DNA of 64,000 bases from an uncultured Bacilli bacterium (GTDB taxonomy: Bacteria; Bacillota_I; Bacilli_A; RFN20; CAG-826). The notes under the pieces are model-generated. The model saw nothing but the letters and a program-made list of their open reading frames with translations. It was not told where the DNA came from and did not search any database. Shown here one piece after another: positions 48,811 through 58,119 of the stretch. Within the stretch, counting starts at the first letter, position 1, and each line of letters starts with the position of its first letter. The DNA lies in assembly GCA_963722445.1 (NCBI GenBank), contig CAVRMZ010000001.1, positions 7,535 through 71,534 on the forward strand. The letters are read 5' to 3'. The position numbers and the translations under genes are program-made.

Positions 48811-49377
48811 ATGACCTTAAGCGAACAGATCGAATCCTATCAACCCTATAACGCGCAAGAAGAGAAGGACAAGGCCCTTATCCTTCATTGCCTTAAAACC
48901 GAAAAGGATATCTTCACGCGGGACAACGCCCTTGCCCATATGACCGCCTCCGCTTGGGTCGTCAATCACGATCGGACGAAAGCTCTCATGGTGTTTCATA
49001 ACATCTATAACTCCTGGTCTTGGCTCGGGGGCCATGCCGATGGGGATGAAGATCTTTTGCGAGTGGCGATCCGAGAAGTCAAAGAGGAAAGCGGCCTTGT
49101 CGACGTCAAAGCCCTCTCAAAGGATATCTTCTCCTTGGAAGTTTTGACCGTGGATGGCCATATCAAAAGAGGGGCCTACGTCTCGAGCCATCTGCATCTC
49201 AATGTCACGTATCTCTTAGAAGCGGACGATTCCGAAGCCCTTCATATCAAAGCGGACGAGAACAAAGGCGTGAAATGGTTCACCCTCGAAGGGGCTCTCG
49301 CGGCCTCTAGCGAAGACTGGTTCAAAAAGCATATCTACAACAAGCTGAACGCAAAGCTCAGGGCTTTTGGGAAATAA
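48811..49377 (+). CDS. NUDIX hydrolase
   Basis: Nudix box GGHADGDEDLLRVAIREVKEESGL. Confidence 0.8.
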   Translation: MTLSEQIESYQPYNAQEEKDKALILHCLKTEKDIFTRDNALAHMTASAWVVNHDRTKALMVFHNIYNSWSWLGGHADGDEDLLRVAIREVKEESGLVDVKALSKDIFSLEVLTVDGHIKRGAYVSSHLHLNVTYLLEADDSEALHIKADENKGVKWFTLEGALAASSEDWFKKHIYNKLNAKLRAFGK

Positions 49378-49716
49378 GGCTTTTGGTTTCAACAAATATC
49401 GCGCAAAAGCTGTTCGGGCCTATCATCGTCTTGACGGGGGCTTTTCATGGGAAAGATCAGAAGGCGCTTGGGGCTTGCGAAGGGACGGATACCTATCATA
49501 CCCGCTAGCTTAGCGCTGACGGCTATTCCCCCACGGCCTTGTTCCGCGCCTGGGGCGAAAAAACCATCGCGGGAGCAGAACTCATGGTCGAAGGCATCAC
49601 CCGGTTCCATATAAATCCATGCCCAAGAGCAACCTTGGAATCGCTGCGGGAGGGGCTTCCGCGGATCAAAGCCTGGTCTTCACGATGAGTGAGAAAACTT
49701 CGGCAGCCGCATCGCC

Positions 49717-49765
49717 ATAAAAAAGAAATAAGGCCTTTGGAAAGGGGATCCAACGGCCTTATTTC
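49717..49765 (-). terminator. rho-independent terminator after GPx-Grx gene
   Basis: On the minus strand: hairpin GAAATAAGGCC-(19 nt)-GGCCTTATTTC followed by TTTTTTAT. Confidence 0.6.
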
Positions 49766-49779
49766 GCTAAATAGACAAA

Positions 49780-50634
49780 TTACTTCGTCGCGTGGGCTTT
49801 GGCCCATTCCACGATATCCTGATCGCCTTCGATTTTTCGGACGCCGGCTTTGGAAGGAATCAAGAGAACCGGGACTTCTTCGATCCCATAGGACCGGATT
49901 AATTTTTTGCCTTCGCTCGTGGCCCAGTCGGACTGGTCATAGACGATTCCGTATTTTTTGAACGCCTTTTCGGCGGCCAAGCAATGGGGGCAGCCCGTCA
50001 GCATCGCCAAGGTGAGTTTCGTGATCGCCGCGCCTTGACTAGAGGCTTTGGCGCCTTCGTCCTTTTTCGCCACGGGCGTGGCTTTTTCTTTGAGGGCCTT
50101 CTCGATTCCTTGATGGATTTCCTCAAAGGAAGCGGTGGGCTCATAGCGGGCCAAGACGTTGCCATTTCTGCCAATCAGGAACTTCGTGAAATTCCATTTG
50201 ATGGAGGGGGTCTTTTCCCATAAAGGATCCGCTTTGGCGTTGATGCCGCTTAGGATCGCCGCGAGCTTGTGCTTCTTATCGAAGCCCTCGAACCCTTTTT
50301 GGCTCACCAAAAACTTATAAAGCGGGATGGCTCTCGCCCCGTTGACGTTGATTTTGGCGAAGCGGGGGAAGGTGGTTCCGAAGGTCAAGGAGCAAAACGA
50401 GCTGATCTCCTTGACGGCTTCCGGGGCTTGCTTCCCGAATTGGTTGCAGGGGAAATCCAAGACCACGAAGCCTTTGTCCTGATACTTCTCGTAAGTCGCT
50501 TCGATGTCTTTATAGGTGGGGGTGAAGCCACAATGCGTGGCGGTGTTGACGATAAGGAGAACTTTTCCTTCATAAGTCGAGAGCGCAACGGTTTTGCCGT
50601 TTTCGTCTTTCACGCTGAAATCGTAGATAGTCAT
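49780..50634 (-). CDS. glutathione peroxidase fused to a C-terminal glutaredoxin/NrdH-like domain
   Basis: GPx motifs NTATHCGFT, FPCNQFG and WNFTKFLI in residues 1-160. A linker follows, then a thioredoxin-fold segment with CPHC (LTGCPHCLAAEKAFKKYGI...VPVLLI). Confidence 0.8.
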   Translation of the reverse strand: MTIYDFSVKDENGKTVALSTYEGKVLLIVNTATHCGFTPTYKDIEATYEKYQDKGFVVLDFPCNQFGKQAPEAVKEISSFCSLTFGTTFPRFAKINVNGARAIPLYKFLVSQKGFEGFDKKHKLAAILSGINAKADPLWEKTPSIKWNFTKFLIGRNGNVLARYEPTASFEEIHQGIEKALKEKATPVAKKDEGAKASSQGAAITKLTLAMLTGCPHCLAAEKAFKKYGIVYDQSDWATSEGKKLIRSYGIEEVPVLLIPSKAGVRKIEGDQDIVEWAKAHATK

Positions 50635-50694
50635 GAGATCGTACCTTCTTTCATTCTCATAACTATGACCCCCTAAGGCCCATATTCAAAGGAG

Positions 50695-51960
50695 ATGCTC
50701 CCGAAGCGACCCCCCGCCTGCCTTTCTAAAAAACTCCGCGCCCTCTATACTTATGGCGTGAATATTCTCTTGATTGAATTATCCTCCGCCTTGGCTCCCA
50801 GCAAGAGCAAGGCCTTTGAGGAGGCTTCCCGTCGCTTCCTCAAAGAGGTTGGAAGCCCCGATATCACCTTCTCTTCGTCTCGGGTGTCCGAAGGCGACTT
50901 AACGGTCTTCTACCTCGCAGGCGGGGGCACGGAAGCGCCGTTCCGCAAGGTTTATGCCAATTACCCGGAGCCTTATTATTTTCTCGTTCGCGAGGAAGCC
51001 AACTCTTTGGCCTCGGCCCTCGAGATTCTTTCGTTCCTTCAAAGCAAGGGGCTGCGCGGCCAGATCATTGAGGGCGAGAGCAAAAAGATCCATGAGGATT
51101 TGCTTTCTTTGGCCTCCGCGAGCAAGGCCAAGGAGTTTTTGGCCTCCTCGCGATTGGGGATCATCGGCGAACCTTCGGATTGGCTCATCGCCTCTTCCCT
51201 CGATTTCGCGAAAGCCAAGGCGATCTTCGGGACGGAATTCGTTTCGATCCCATTCGGGGTGCTCGAAGAGGAAATGGTGCACGAGCCCTTGCTCGGCATA
51301 GACCTGCCGCAAGGCTTAAAAGGCCCGCTTCCGGATAAAGCGACCCTTGAAGGGGCTTTGCGGATTTATGGGGCCTTGCTCAGGATCACCCGGAAATACT
51401 CCCTTAGCGGCTTCTCTTTGCGGTGCTTCGACTTGATAGGCAAGTATAAGAGCACCGCTTGCCTTGCTTTGGGGTTATTGAACTCCGAAGGCCTGTCCGC
51501 GGGCTGCGAAGGAGACGAAGCTTCTTTGCTTAGCATGCATATCCTGAGGGCTTTAGGCAAACCTTCCTTCCAGGCCAATCCCGCCTTGATCGATCCCCTC
51601 AAAAAGCGCCTCGTCTTGGCCCATTGCACTTTGCCTTTGGCGATGGCGAGTTCCTATCGCCTTTTGACCCACTATGAAAGCGGGCTTGGAATCGGGATTC
51701 GGGGCCGCTTCCTCAGCGAGCCCGTCACGATCTTCAAACTATCCCCCGCCTTGGATTCCTATCATCTTCTGCGAGGCAAGATCGTCGCTAACCTGGAGCA
51801 AGACAATCTTTGCCGGAGCCAAGTGGCGGTGGATTTATTGGACTCGCCCGAGCCTTTATTGGACCATCCTTATGGCAACCACCTTCTATTAGCCTATGGC
51901 GACGAGAAGAAGCCCCTAGTGGCTTTGCTCGACGCTTTGGGGATAAAGAGCCAAGACTAA
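50695..51960 (+). CDS. L-fucose/L-arabinose isomerase-like family protein (uncharacterised)
   Basis: About 400-421 aa. The pattern RCFDLIG...TACLALGLLNSEGLSAGCEGDEASLLSMHILRAL resembles the sugar-isomerase family core. Start is uncertain: ATG 50695 abuts its SD, and GTG 50758 is an alternative. Confidence 0.45.
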   Translation: MLPKRPPACLSKKLRALYTYGVNILLIELSSALAPSKSKAFEEASRRFLKEVGSPDITFSSSRVSEGDLTVFYLAGGGTEAPFRKVYANYPEPYYFLVREEANSLASALEILSFLQSKGLRGQIIEGESKKIHEDLLSLASASKAKEFLASSRLGIIGEPSDWLIASSLDFAKAKAIFGTEFVSIPFGVLEEEMVHEPLLGIDLPQGLKGPLPDKATLEGALRIYGALLRITRKYSLSGFSLRCFDLIGKYKSTACLALGLLNSEGLSAGCEGDEASLLSMHILRALGKPSFQANPALIDPLKKRLVLAHCTLPLAMASSYRLLTHYESGLGIGIRGRFLSEPVTIFKLSPALDSYHLLRGKIVANLEQDNLCRSQVAVDLLDSPEPLLDHPYGNHLLLAYGDEKKPLVALLDALGIKSQD

Positions 51961-51961
51961 G

Positions 51962-52444
51962 ATGAGCATCCGTTTAGCGGTTGCGGGGGACTTCCCCTCG
52001 CTCTCAAGGATTTATCAAGAAGCCCGCGCTTTCATGAAAGCGGAGGGCAACCCCACCCAATGGGGCGAAAGCCATCCCTCGGCCTCTTTTCTTGAAGAGG
52101 ATCTCGCGCAGGGCGAACTGTATGTCCTCTATGATCGAGAAGGCCTTTATGGCGCTTTTAGCCTCAATTCGGGCGAAGATCCGACCTATCTCCACATCGA
52201 AGGGCGGTGGCGCTCTTCCTTGCCTTATCTCACGATTCATTCCTTGGCGAGCGATGGCACCCATCGTCAGGTCTTCTTGGAAGTGCTGAGCTTCGCTTTG
52301 GCCCGCTCCAAGCACTTAAGGATCGACACCCACGAAAAGAACGCTTTGATGCGGAAACTCATCGTCGAGAATGGTTTCGTTTACACGGGCCGGTGCCTCG
52401 AGCCCGATGGGAGCCTCCGGCTTTGCTATGAGCGGGGCTTCTAA
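51962..52444 (+). CDS. GNAT-family acetyltransferase
   Basis: 160 aa. MSIRLAVAGDFPSLSRIYQEARAFM N-terminus and a GNAT-type C-terminal core (HRQVFLEVLSFAL...NGF). Confidence 0.7.
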   Translation: MSIRLAVAGDFPSLSRIYQEARAFMKAEGNPTQWGESHPSASFLEEDLAQGELYVLYDREGLYGAFSLNSGEDPTYLHIEGRWRSSLPYLTIHSLASDGTHRQVFLEVLSFALARSKHLRIDTHEKNALMRKLIVENGFVYTGRCLEPDGSLRLCYERGF

Positions 52445-52525
52445 GGAATTTGCCTCCTCAGGAAAGGCTTTTTGACGCAAGCGGCGATTTAAAGCCTAAG
52501 ATAAAAGGCAGCGAGGAAATCACCC

Positions 52526-53371
52526 ATGCTCACGATTGAAAACCAAAACCTGAAAGTCGTCATCAACGAACTCGGAGCCGAACTCACCTCCGTTTACGAT
52601 AAAGCCACGAAACTCGAACTCCTGTATCAGAAAGACGGGGTTTGGCCCCATCAGGATGTCGTGATGTTTCCGTTTATCGGGCCCGATAAGGACTACGTGA
52701 TCAACGGATCGCATTATTCCTGCCCGACTCAGCATGGCTTTGCGAGGTCGCTGACTTTTGAGCAAGTGGCCCTAAACGGCGATTCCGCGGTCTTGCGGAT
52801 CCAGGATACCGCCGACACCAAATCGTCTTATCCTTTCTCCTTTGCCTTAACGGTGACTTACGCCTTAGGCAAGAATGGCTTGAAACGCTCCTTCCTGATC
52901 GAGAACAAAGGCAGTGAGCCTTTGCCCTTCGCTTTGGGGGACCATGCGGCCTATAAAGCCCATTTCGGCAGCGCCATCTTGCACTTGGGGGACGCGCCGT
53001 TAACGTATTTGCCACGCGCCAATTTCGTCTTGCATAACCCGCTGCCGTTTGAAAAAGGCGGGGATGTGCTCCTCCTCAAAGAGGATTTCGCCAAATATGA
53101 GACGATCGTCCTTTTAAATCCTCGTCATCCGATTTCCCTGTCGACGGGCTTTGGCGAGAAAATCGCCTATCACTTCCATTCGCCCTATATCGCCATCTGG
53201 TCCCCGAGCGCCGATTCGGATTTCCTTTGCGTGGAGCCATGGTGGGGCTTGCCCGAATACGAAGGCATGCCGTTGGAGATCAAAGACCGGAAATCTGAGA
53301 ACGTCGTCGCGAAATCGCTGCTTCTTGAAGAGACGATTTCCTATTCCGAAGACGAAATCAGCGACCAATAA
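52526..53371 (+). CDS. aldose 1-epimerase (galactose mutarotase-like) family protein
   Basis: 281 aa. The LTIENQNLKVVINELGAELTSV start, HGFAR, GDHAAY and EPWWG motifs are typical of the family. Confidence 0.75.
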   Translation: MLTIENQNLKVVINELGAELTSVYDKATKLELLYQKDGVWPHQDVVMFPFIGPDKDYVINGSHYSCPTQHGFARSLTFEQVALNGDSAVLRIQDTADTKSSYPFSFALTVTYALGKNGLKRSFLIENKGSEPLPFALGDHAAYKAHFGSAILHLGDAPLTYLPRANFVLHNPLPFEKGGDVLLLKEDFAKYETIVLLNPRHPISLSTGFGEKIAYHFHSPYIAIWSPSADSDFLCVEPWWGLPEYEGMPLEIKDRKSENVVAKSLLLEETISYSEDEISDQ

Positions 53372-53485
53372 CCCTTTTAAATATCAGTAATTGCCTCTTT
53401 GCCTCCCCTTCCTATGAATCGCTTTCCTGCGGTGCTATCATGAGTTAAGTTAATCCGATAGCGCGTTCATTAGGCAGGGACCTTC

Positions 53486-56400
53486 ATGGCAGAAAAATTT
53501 GAGGCGCCGAAACCGAGACCCTCGATTTTGAGCGAAAGCGAGGAAAGCGAAGCTCTCATTGAGAGCGGGAAACTGATCAATGAGTGCTTTTCCGTGTTTG
53601 GGGGAGGCCGTTCCCTTTCTTCGGGCATCGATCTCGTCTTGAATGAGCTTGGCTCTTTCTACGCCGCGGACGGGGCTCACCTCTTCAAAATCGAGAGCGC
53701 GACTTTTTCCTGCCTCGCCGAATGGCGCCGGCGCGGCATGGCCAAGCGAATCGATTTTTTCCAAAACATCCCGAACGTTTCCTTGGAAGCGATGAAACAT
53801 TATTTGAGCGAAGGGCATGGCTTTTTGCTCCAGAATAAGGGCGACCCTTCCGACCCGTTGTTTTCCGTTTTGAAATCCATCGACGAACCCAACGTGAAAA
53901 GCCTTGGCTCCGCCCCGCTTTTCCTTGAGGGCTCGCTTTACGGTTTCTTGACGCTCGAGAACCCCTCCGCCCCTTGTTTAGAGAACATCGGAGATGTTCT
54001 TTTGAGCGTGGCTTTCATCCTTGGGAACGCCATCCACGACGACAAGACGAACCATCTTTTGTCCTTTGATGCCTTGACGGGGCTTCCGAATATCGAAGAA
54101 GCGGATTATCTCATCAGCGAAAGAATCAAGAACGTCCAGCCCAAGCACCGCTACATCCTCATGAAATTCGACGTGCAGCGCTTTGAGTTCATCGATTCGT
54201 ACTATGGCATCCATTTCGGGTCTTTCCTCATCAAAAAAGTGGCCCGCTTCCTTTCAACCAAATGCCCCAACGTCCTCGTGGTGGCCCGCGTTCCCAATAG
54301 CGACATCTTCTATTCTCTCATCGACGACGATCCCGCTCTTCTCAAAGCGACGGTAAAAGACTTCTCGCTTTCCTTCGTCAACGAGAACAACAACATCGCC
54401 TACGGCGGGGTCTTCGGAGCCTATGTGATCAAGGATCCCACGGAAAGCTTTTCCTCGATCGACGGGAAGGTTTCCTTGGCCCATTCCGAGGCCAAAAAGG
54501 ATACGGCGGGGCACTTTGTGATGTACGACGAGAAACTGGAGAAACGTTCCCTGTTCGAGGAGATGGTTCTCTCGTCTTTCGAGAAGGCGATCGCCAACCA
54601 TGAGTTCGAGGTTTTCGTCCAACCGCAATATGACATGGCCCGCGACTATTTCATCGGAGGGGAAGCCCTTTGCCGTTGGAAGAAGGATGGGGAGTTCTAT
54701 ATGCCCAATTCCTTCATTCCCGTCCTTGAGAAAAACGGCTACATCCCCCTTCTCGACCGCTACATGCTCAAAGAGACCTTGATCATCATCCGGCGCTGGA
54801 TCGATCACTATAACAAAGTCGTCCCCATTTCCCTCAATCTTTCCCGCGTCGACTTTTACGACGACAACCTCTTGGCCGAGCTTTTGGACCTCATCGACCG
54901 CTATCACGTGCCTCACGAAGACATCCGCTTCGAGATCACCGAAAGCGTTTATATGGAGCAGATGGCCCGCATCATCAAGTTCACCGGGGACGCCCGAAAG
55001 GTCGGGCTTGCCGTCATCATGGATGATTTCGGCTCGGGCTACTCTTCTCTTAACGCCCTCAAGGATCTCGATATCGCGATGCTCAAGCTCGACTATGGCT
55101 TCCTCGTCGCAACCGACAACGTGGATCGGAGAAATGCCATCATCACTTCCGTCATCGACCTTTGCAAGCGCCTTGCCTTGCCGCTCGTGGTGGAGGGGGT
55201 GGAAAGGGTCGAGGATGTCAGTTTCTTGCGGGAGTTCGGCGTCCGCTTCATTCAGGGGTACTACTTCGGGAAGCCGATGCCGGTCGCGGATTTCGAGAAA
55301 CTCAAACTCAACTTCTTGGCCCCGCAGAAGCCTGCCAAAATCGACAAAGGCCTTTTGACGGCGATCTTCAACCCAAGGAGCATGATCAACCGGCTTTTCA
55401 ACCGTTCCTTCGTGCAGTATGGGATCTACCGTTACAAATCCGGGCATCTCGAATCCGTCCTTCAGAACGAGGAGCTGAGCCGTTCCCCGGCCTTTCAGGA
55501 TCTCAATACCTCCGGAGGTCTCGTCGACATGATGGAAGCGGTGCGGCCCGCCGATCGGAAGATCTTCCGCGAATACCTCGACAGCGTCGTCGCGAAGAAA
55601 CCCAACCTTGGCTATATCTATTATCGGAACGTCGTGGGCAAGGACTCGGTGAACACGAAATGCCGGGCTACCCTCTTGGACAAAAAAGACAGTTTTGCCA
55701 CTTTGCTCCTCGAATCCTTCACGGTTTCGTCCATCGATGACACCCTGCCCTCCGAGCGCTTCATGGTCACGGGAGAGGCATTCTATTATTTCGAAACCAT
55801 GGCGGGGGCCTTCTTCATCATCTCCGAGAACAAGCGGATTCTCTATCTGAACGAAGCGACCAAGCGGCGCTTCCCCGGCGCCCACCTAGGCGCCAGCTGC
55901 CATCAGTTGGCCTTGTTCGATGAGGACTGCGCCCATTGCCCCTTCCATAACGTCAATAAGCCTCAGTGCTTCTATGCCAAAAGGATCAATCAGTTCATCG
56001 ATTTCTCTTCCGTCCATGTTTCCTATAACGGCGAGCCCGCGTTTCTAGTGGAGCTTTGCCCCACGCTTCTTCTTGGCCCGCTGTCCGAGAAAGGGACGAT
56101 GTCGCGGATGAACACGGCCGCCCAAGGCTTATTGAATGCCTATCTCGAGGTCGATCTCGGCACCGGCCTTTACAAAAAATACGAATTCGGGAAGCTCTCA
56201 CTCGACTTTGGGGATGTCGGGAGCATCGACAAATCCATCGCTTCGATGATCCAGCGGCATTTTTTCGACGAGGAAACCACCCATCGCATTCGGAAATACC
56301 TCTCGCTCAAGGGCCTGCGGGAAGCGGCGAAGAAGGGCTACGCGATGCGGGTTCGCTTCAAAATCGGGGAGAAGGAAAACAACTGGATCGAGGACAACAT

Positions 56401-56986
56401 GACGTTCATCAAGGAGACCAGGCATGCCTACGCTTGCATCTGCATTCGCGATATCACGGAAGAGGTCCGGCAGGATTACGATTCTTTGACGAATCTTTAT
56501 AACCGTTCGGCGGGGCGGGTCGCGATCGACGATTTCCTGACCGAGAACCTGAAGGTGAGAACCCTCTTCGAGATCCTCGACATCAACAAGTTCAAGGATA
56601 TCAACGATACCTATGGCCACCCGATGGGGGACCAAGTCCTCATCGGCTTGGCGAGCGTTATGAAAGGGCTCCCCAAGGCCTATGCTTTCTTCACGCGCCT
56701 CGGCGGCGACGAATTCGTGTTCATCCACAAAGCCGTCCCTTTTGCCTTCGACTTCGCCAAAGCCAACGCCGAGTTCCAAGCCAGATTCCGGAAAGTGGGG
56801 GAAAAGCTGGGCCTTTCCCTCCCCACCACGGTCGCGATCGGAATCGCCATCTTCCCGCGGGACGGGCTCACGTTCGACTCGCTTTATGCCGTCGCTGACC
56901 GCGACATGTACGAAAAAAAGAAAAAAACGGGGGAAGCGGTCCTCGCTCCCGCCGCCTTGCCAAAGAAAAAACAAAAATCAGCGTAA
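53486..56986 (+). CDS. multidomain c-di-GMP turnover protein: GAF-like + degenerate GGDEF + EAL + PAS-like region + GGDEF
   Basis: 1166 aa. EAL domain motifs (GGEALCRW, FEITES, DDFGSGYSSL, LKLD, VVEGVE, QGYYFGKP). First cyclase-like domain lacks the GGDEF motif (DALTGLPN...YGGVFGAY). C-terminal domain is intact (DSLTNLYNR...RLGGDEFVFI). Confidence 0.85.
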   Translation: MAEKFEAPKPRPSILSESEESEALIESGKLINECFSVFGGGRSLSSGIDLVLNELGSFYAADGAHLFKIESATFSCLAEWRRRGMAKRIDFFQNIPNVSLEAMKHYLSEGHGFLLQNKGDPSDPLFSVLKSIDEPNVKSLGSAPLFLEGSLYGFLTLENPSAPCLENIGDVLLSVAFILGNAIHDDKTNHLLSFDALTGLPNIEEADYLISERIKNVQPKHRYILMKFDVQRFEFIDSYYGIHFGSFLIKKVARFLSTKCPNVLVVARVPNSDIFYSLIDDDPALLKATVKDFSLSFVNENNNIAYGGVFGAYVIKDPTESFSSIDGKVSLAHSEAKKDTAGHFVMYDEKLEKRSLFEEMVLSSFEKAIANHEFEVFVQPQYDMARDYFIGGEALCRWKKDGEFYMPNSFIPVLEKNGYIPLLDRYMLKETLIIIRRWIDHYNKVVPISLNLSRVDFYDDNLLAELLDLIDRYHVPHEDIRFEITESVYMEQMARIIKFTGDARKVGLAVIMDDFGSGYSSLNALKDLDIAMLKLDYGFLVATDNVDRRNAIITSVIDLCKRLALPLVVEGVERVEDVSFLREFGVRFIQGYYFGKPMPVADFEKLKLNFLAPQKPAKIDKGLLTAIFNPRSMINRLFNRSFVQYGIYRYKSGHLESVLQNEELSRSPAFQDLNTSGGLVDMMEAVRPADRKIFREYLDSVVAKKPNLGYIYYRNVVGKDSVNTKCRATLLDKKDSFATLLLESFTVSSIDDTLPSERFMVTGEAFYYFETMAGAFFIISENKRILYLNEATKRRFPGAHLGASCHQLALFDEDCAHCPFHNVNKPQCFYAKRINQFIDFSSVHVSYNGEPAFLVELCPTLLLGPLSEKGTMSRMNTAAQGLLNAYLEVDLGTGLYKKYEFGKLSLDFGDVGSIDKSIASMIQRHFFDEETTHRIRKYLSLKGLREAAKKGYAMRVRFKIGEKENNWIEDNMTFIKETRHAYACICIRDITEEVRQDYDSLTNLYNRSAGRVAIDDFLTENLKVRTLFEILDINKFKDINDTYGHPMGDQVLIGLASVMKGLPKAYAFFTRLGGDEFVFIHKAVPFAFDFAKANAEFQARFRKVGEKLGLSLPTTVAIGIAIFPRDGLTFDSLYAVADRDMYEKKKKTGEAVLAPAALPKKKQKSA

Positions 56987-57077
56987 TATTCGGTTTTTGT
57001 CTCGTTTTTGATGGTATTCCTATACATTTCCTCAAAAAGGGGTATATTTTGAACAGTACTTTTACCGAGTGGTTTGG

Positions 57078-58025
57078 ATGGAAAACGCTGAGGGGAACAA
57101 ACTGAATAATTTTGTGGGCATCGATGAAAATGTGGTCGAGAATGGTTTCGTCGAGTTTTCGGTTTCCGCCAAAGGCGATTATCTCACGAATCCTTTCAGC
57201 CTCATCGAGGGGAAGGTCTCCTCGCTGGGATTGCCTTCCCATGCCGAGCTTTCCTTCCATTCCCTTTTCTGCAAGAACAACAATTTTTTAGGTTCTCCGG
57301 ATTACTATGACGGAACCCATCTTTCGCGCGATCTCAAACGTTTGCTTGAAGGGAAGACCCCGGCCTTTCATTTCGAGACCCCGCTTCAGGAAGGCAAAAA
57401 GGATTTCTTTTTCAGCATCTACGTCCGTTACGACAAAGAAACGGCGCTTATTTTCGTTTTGATGCATCGCCTCAAACGGATGGAGACGTATCTCGCCTCC
57501 TTCTTCGACGCGGTGAAAAAAGACCAGGCCACGGGTCTCTTTAACAAAGCCATGTGCCTGTCCGCCATCAAGGACATCAAACTGGCCAGCAACGTCTGCG
57601 TGGTCTTTTGCGACATCAACAACTTCAAGCTCATCAACGATGTCTATGGCCACATCGAAGGGGACAAGGTCATCAAGGATTTCGCGGAAGCCTTCTTGAC
57701 CGATCGCCCCCAAGGCGTTCGCGTCTACCGCTTCGGCGGGGATGAGTTCGTCGTCATCGCCGAGGGTTTGACGAAGTCCGCCATGCGGAAATACCTCGAG
57801 GAAGCCAAATCCCGGGTCGAGGGCCATACCCCCGCGAACATGAATCTGTCCTTCTCCGCCGGGGCCGTGAATGCCTCGCCTTATATGAAAGACCCGCTTT
57901 ACTTGATCCGCTGCAGCGACATGGCGATGTACATGGCGAAAAAGAAGAAGATCCCCTTCTACTTTTTGACCATTCCGGAGATGAAGCGCATCATCGACGA
58001 CGAATCGGTCGGGACGACGTTCTGA
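57078..58025 (+). CDS. GGDEF-domain diguanylate cyclase with uncharacterised N-terminal domain
   Basis: DQATGLFNK, INDVYGHIEGD and RFGGDEFVVI. ATG 57078 (the ORF opens at GTG 57069). Confidence 0.85.
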   Translation: MENAEGNKLNNFVGIDENVVENGFVEFSVSAKGDYLTNPFSLIEGKVSSLGLPSHAELSFHSLFCKNNNFLGSPDYYDGTHLSRDLKRLLEGKTPAFHFETPLQEGKKDFFFSIYVRYDKETALIFVLMHRLKRMETYLASFFDAVKKDQATGLFNKAMCLSAIKDIKLASNVCVVFCDINNFKLINDVYGHIEGDKVIKDFAEAFLTDRPQGVRVYRFGGDEFVVIAEGLTKSAMRKYLEEAKSRVEGHTPANMNLSFSAGAVNASPYMKDPLYLIRCSDMAMYMAKKKKIPFYFLTIPEMKRIIDDESVGTTF

Positions 58026-58040
58026 AGCAAATTGGCAAGC

Positions 58041-58068
58041 AGGCCCGCTTATGGCGGGCTTTCTTTTG
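58041..58068 (+). terminator. rho-independent terminator after GGDEF gene
   Basis: Hairpin GCCCGC-TTATG-GCGGGC followed by TTTCTTTTG. Confidence 0.65.
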
Positions 58069-58070
58069 CC

Positions 58071-58099
58071 AAAAAAAGCCCCCGGCGTGAGCCGAGGGC
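58071..58099 (-). terminator. rho-independent terminator after tandem paralogue operon
   Basis: On the minus strand: hairpin GCCCTCGG-CTCACG-CCGGGGGC followed by TTTTTTT. Confidence 0.65.
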
Positions 58100-58119
58100 A
58101 AGCGTTTGATCGCTGAGGA

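Noticed and set aside
54254-55885. 543-aa minus-strand ORF inside the GGDEF/EAL gene; similar antisense ORFs at 56198-56974 and 57288-58265
   Set aside because: These are antisense shadows of GC-rich, motif-bearing plus-strand genes. Their composition is low-complexity and Arg/Gly/Glu/Asp/His-rich.
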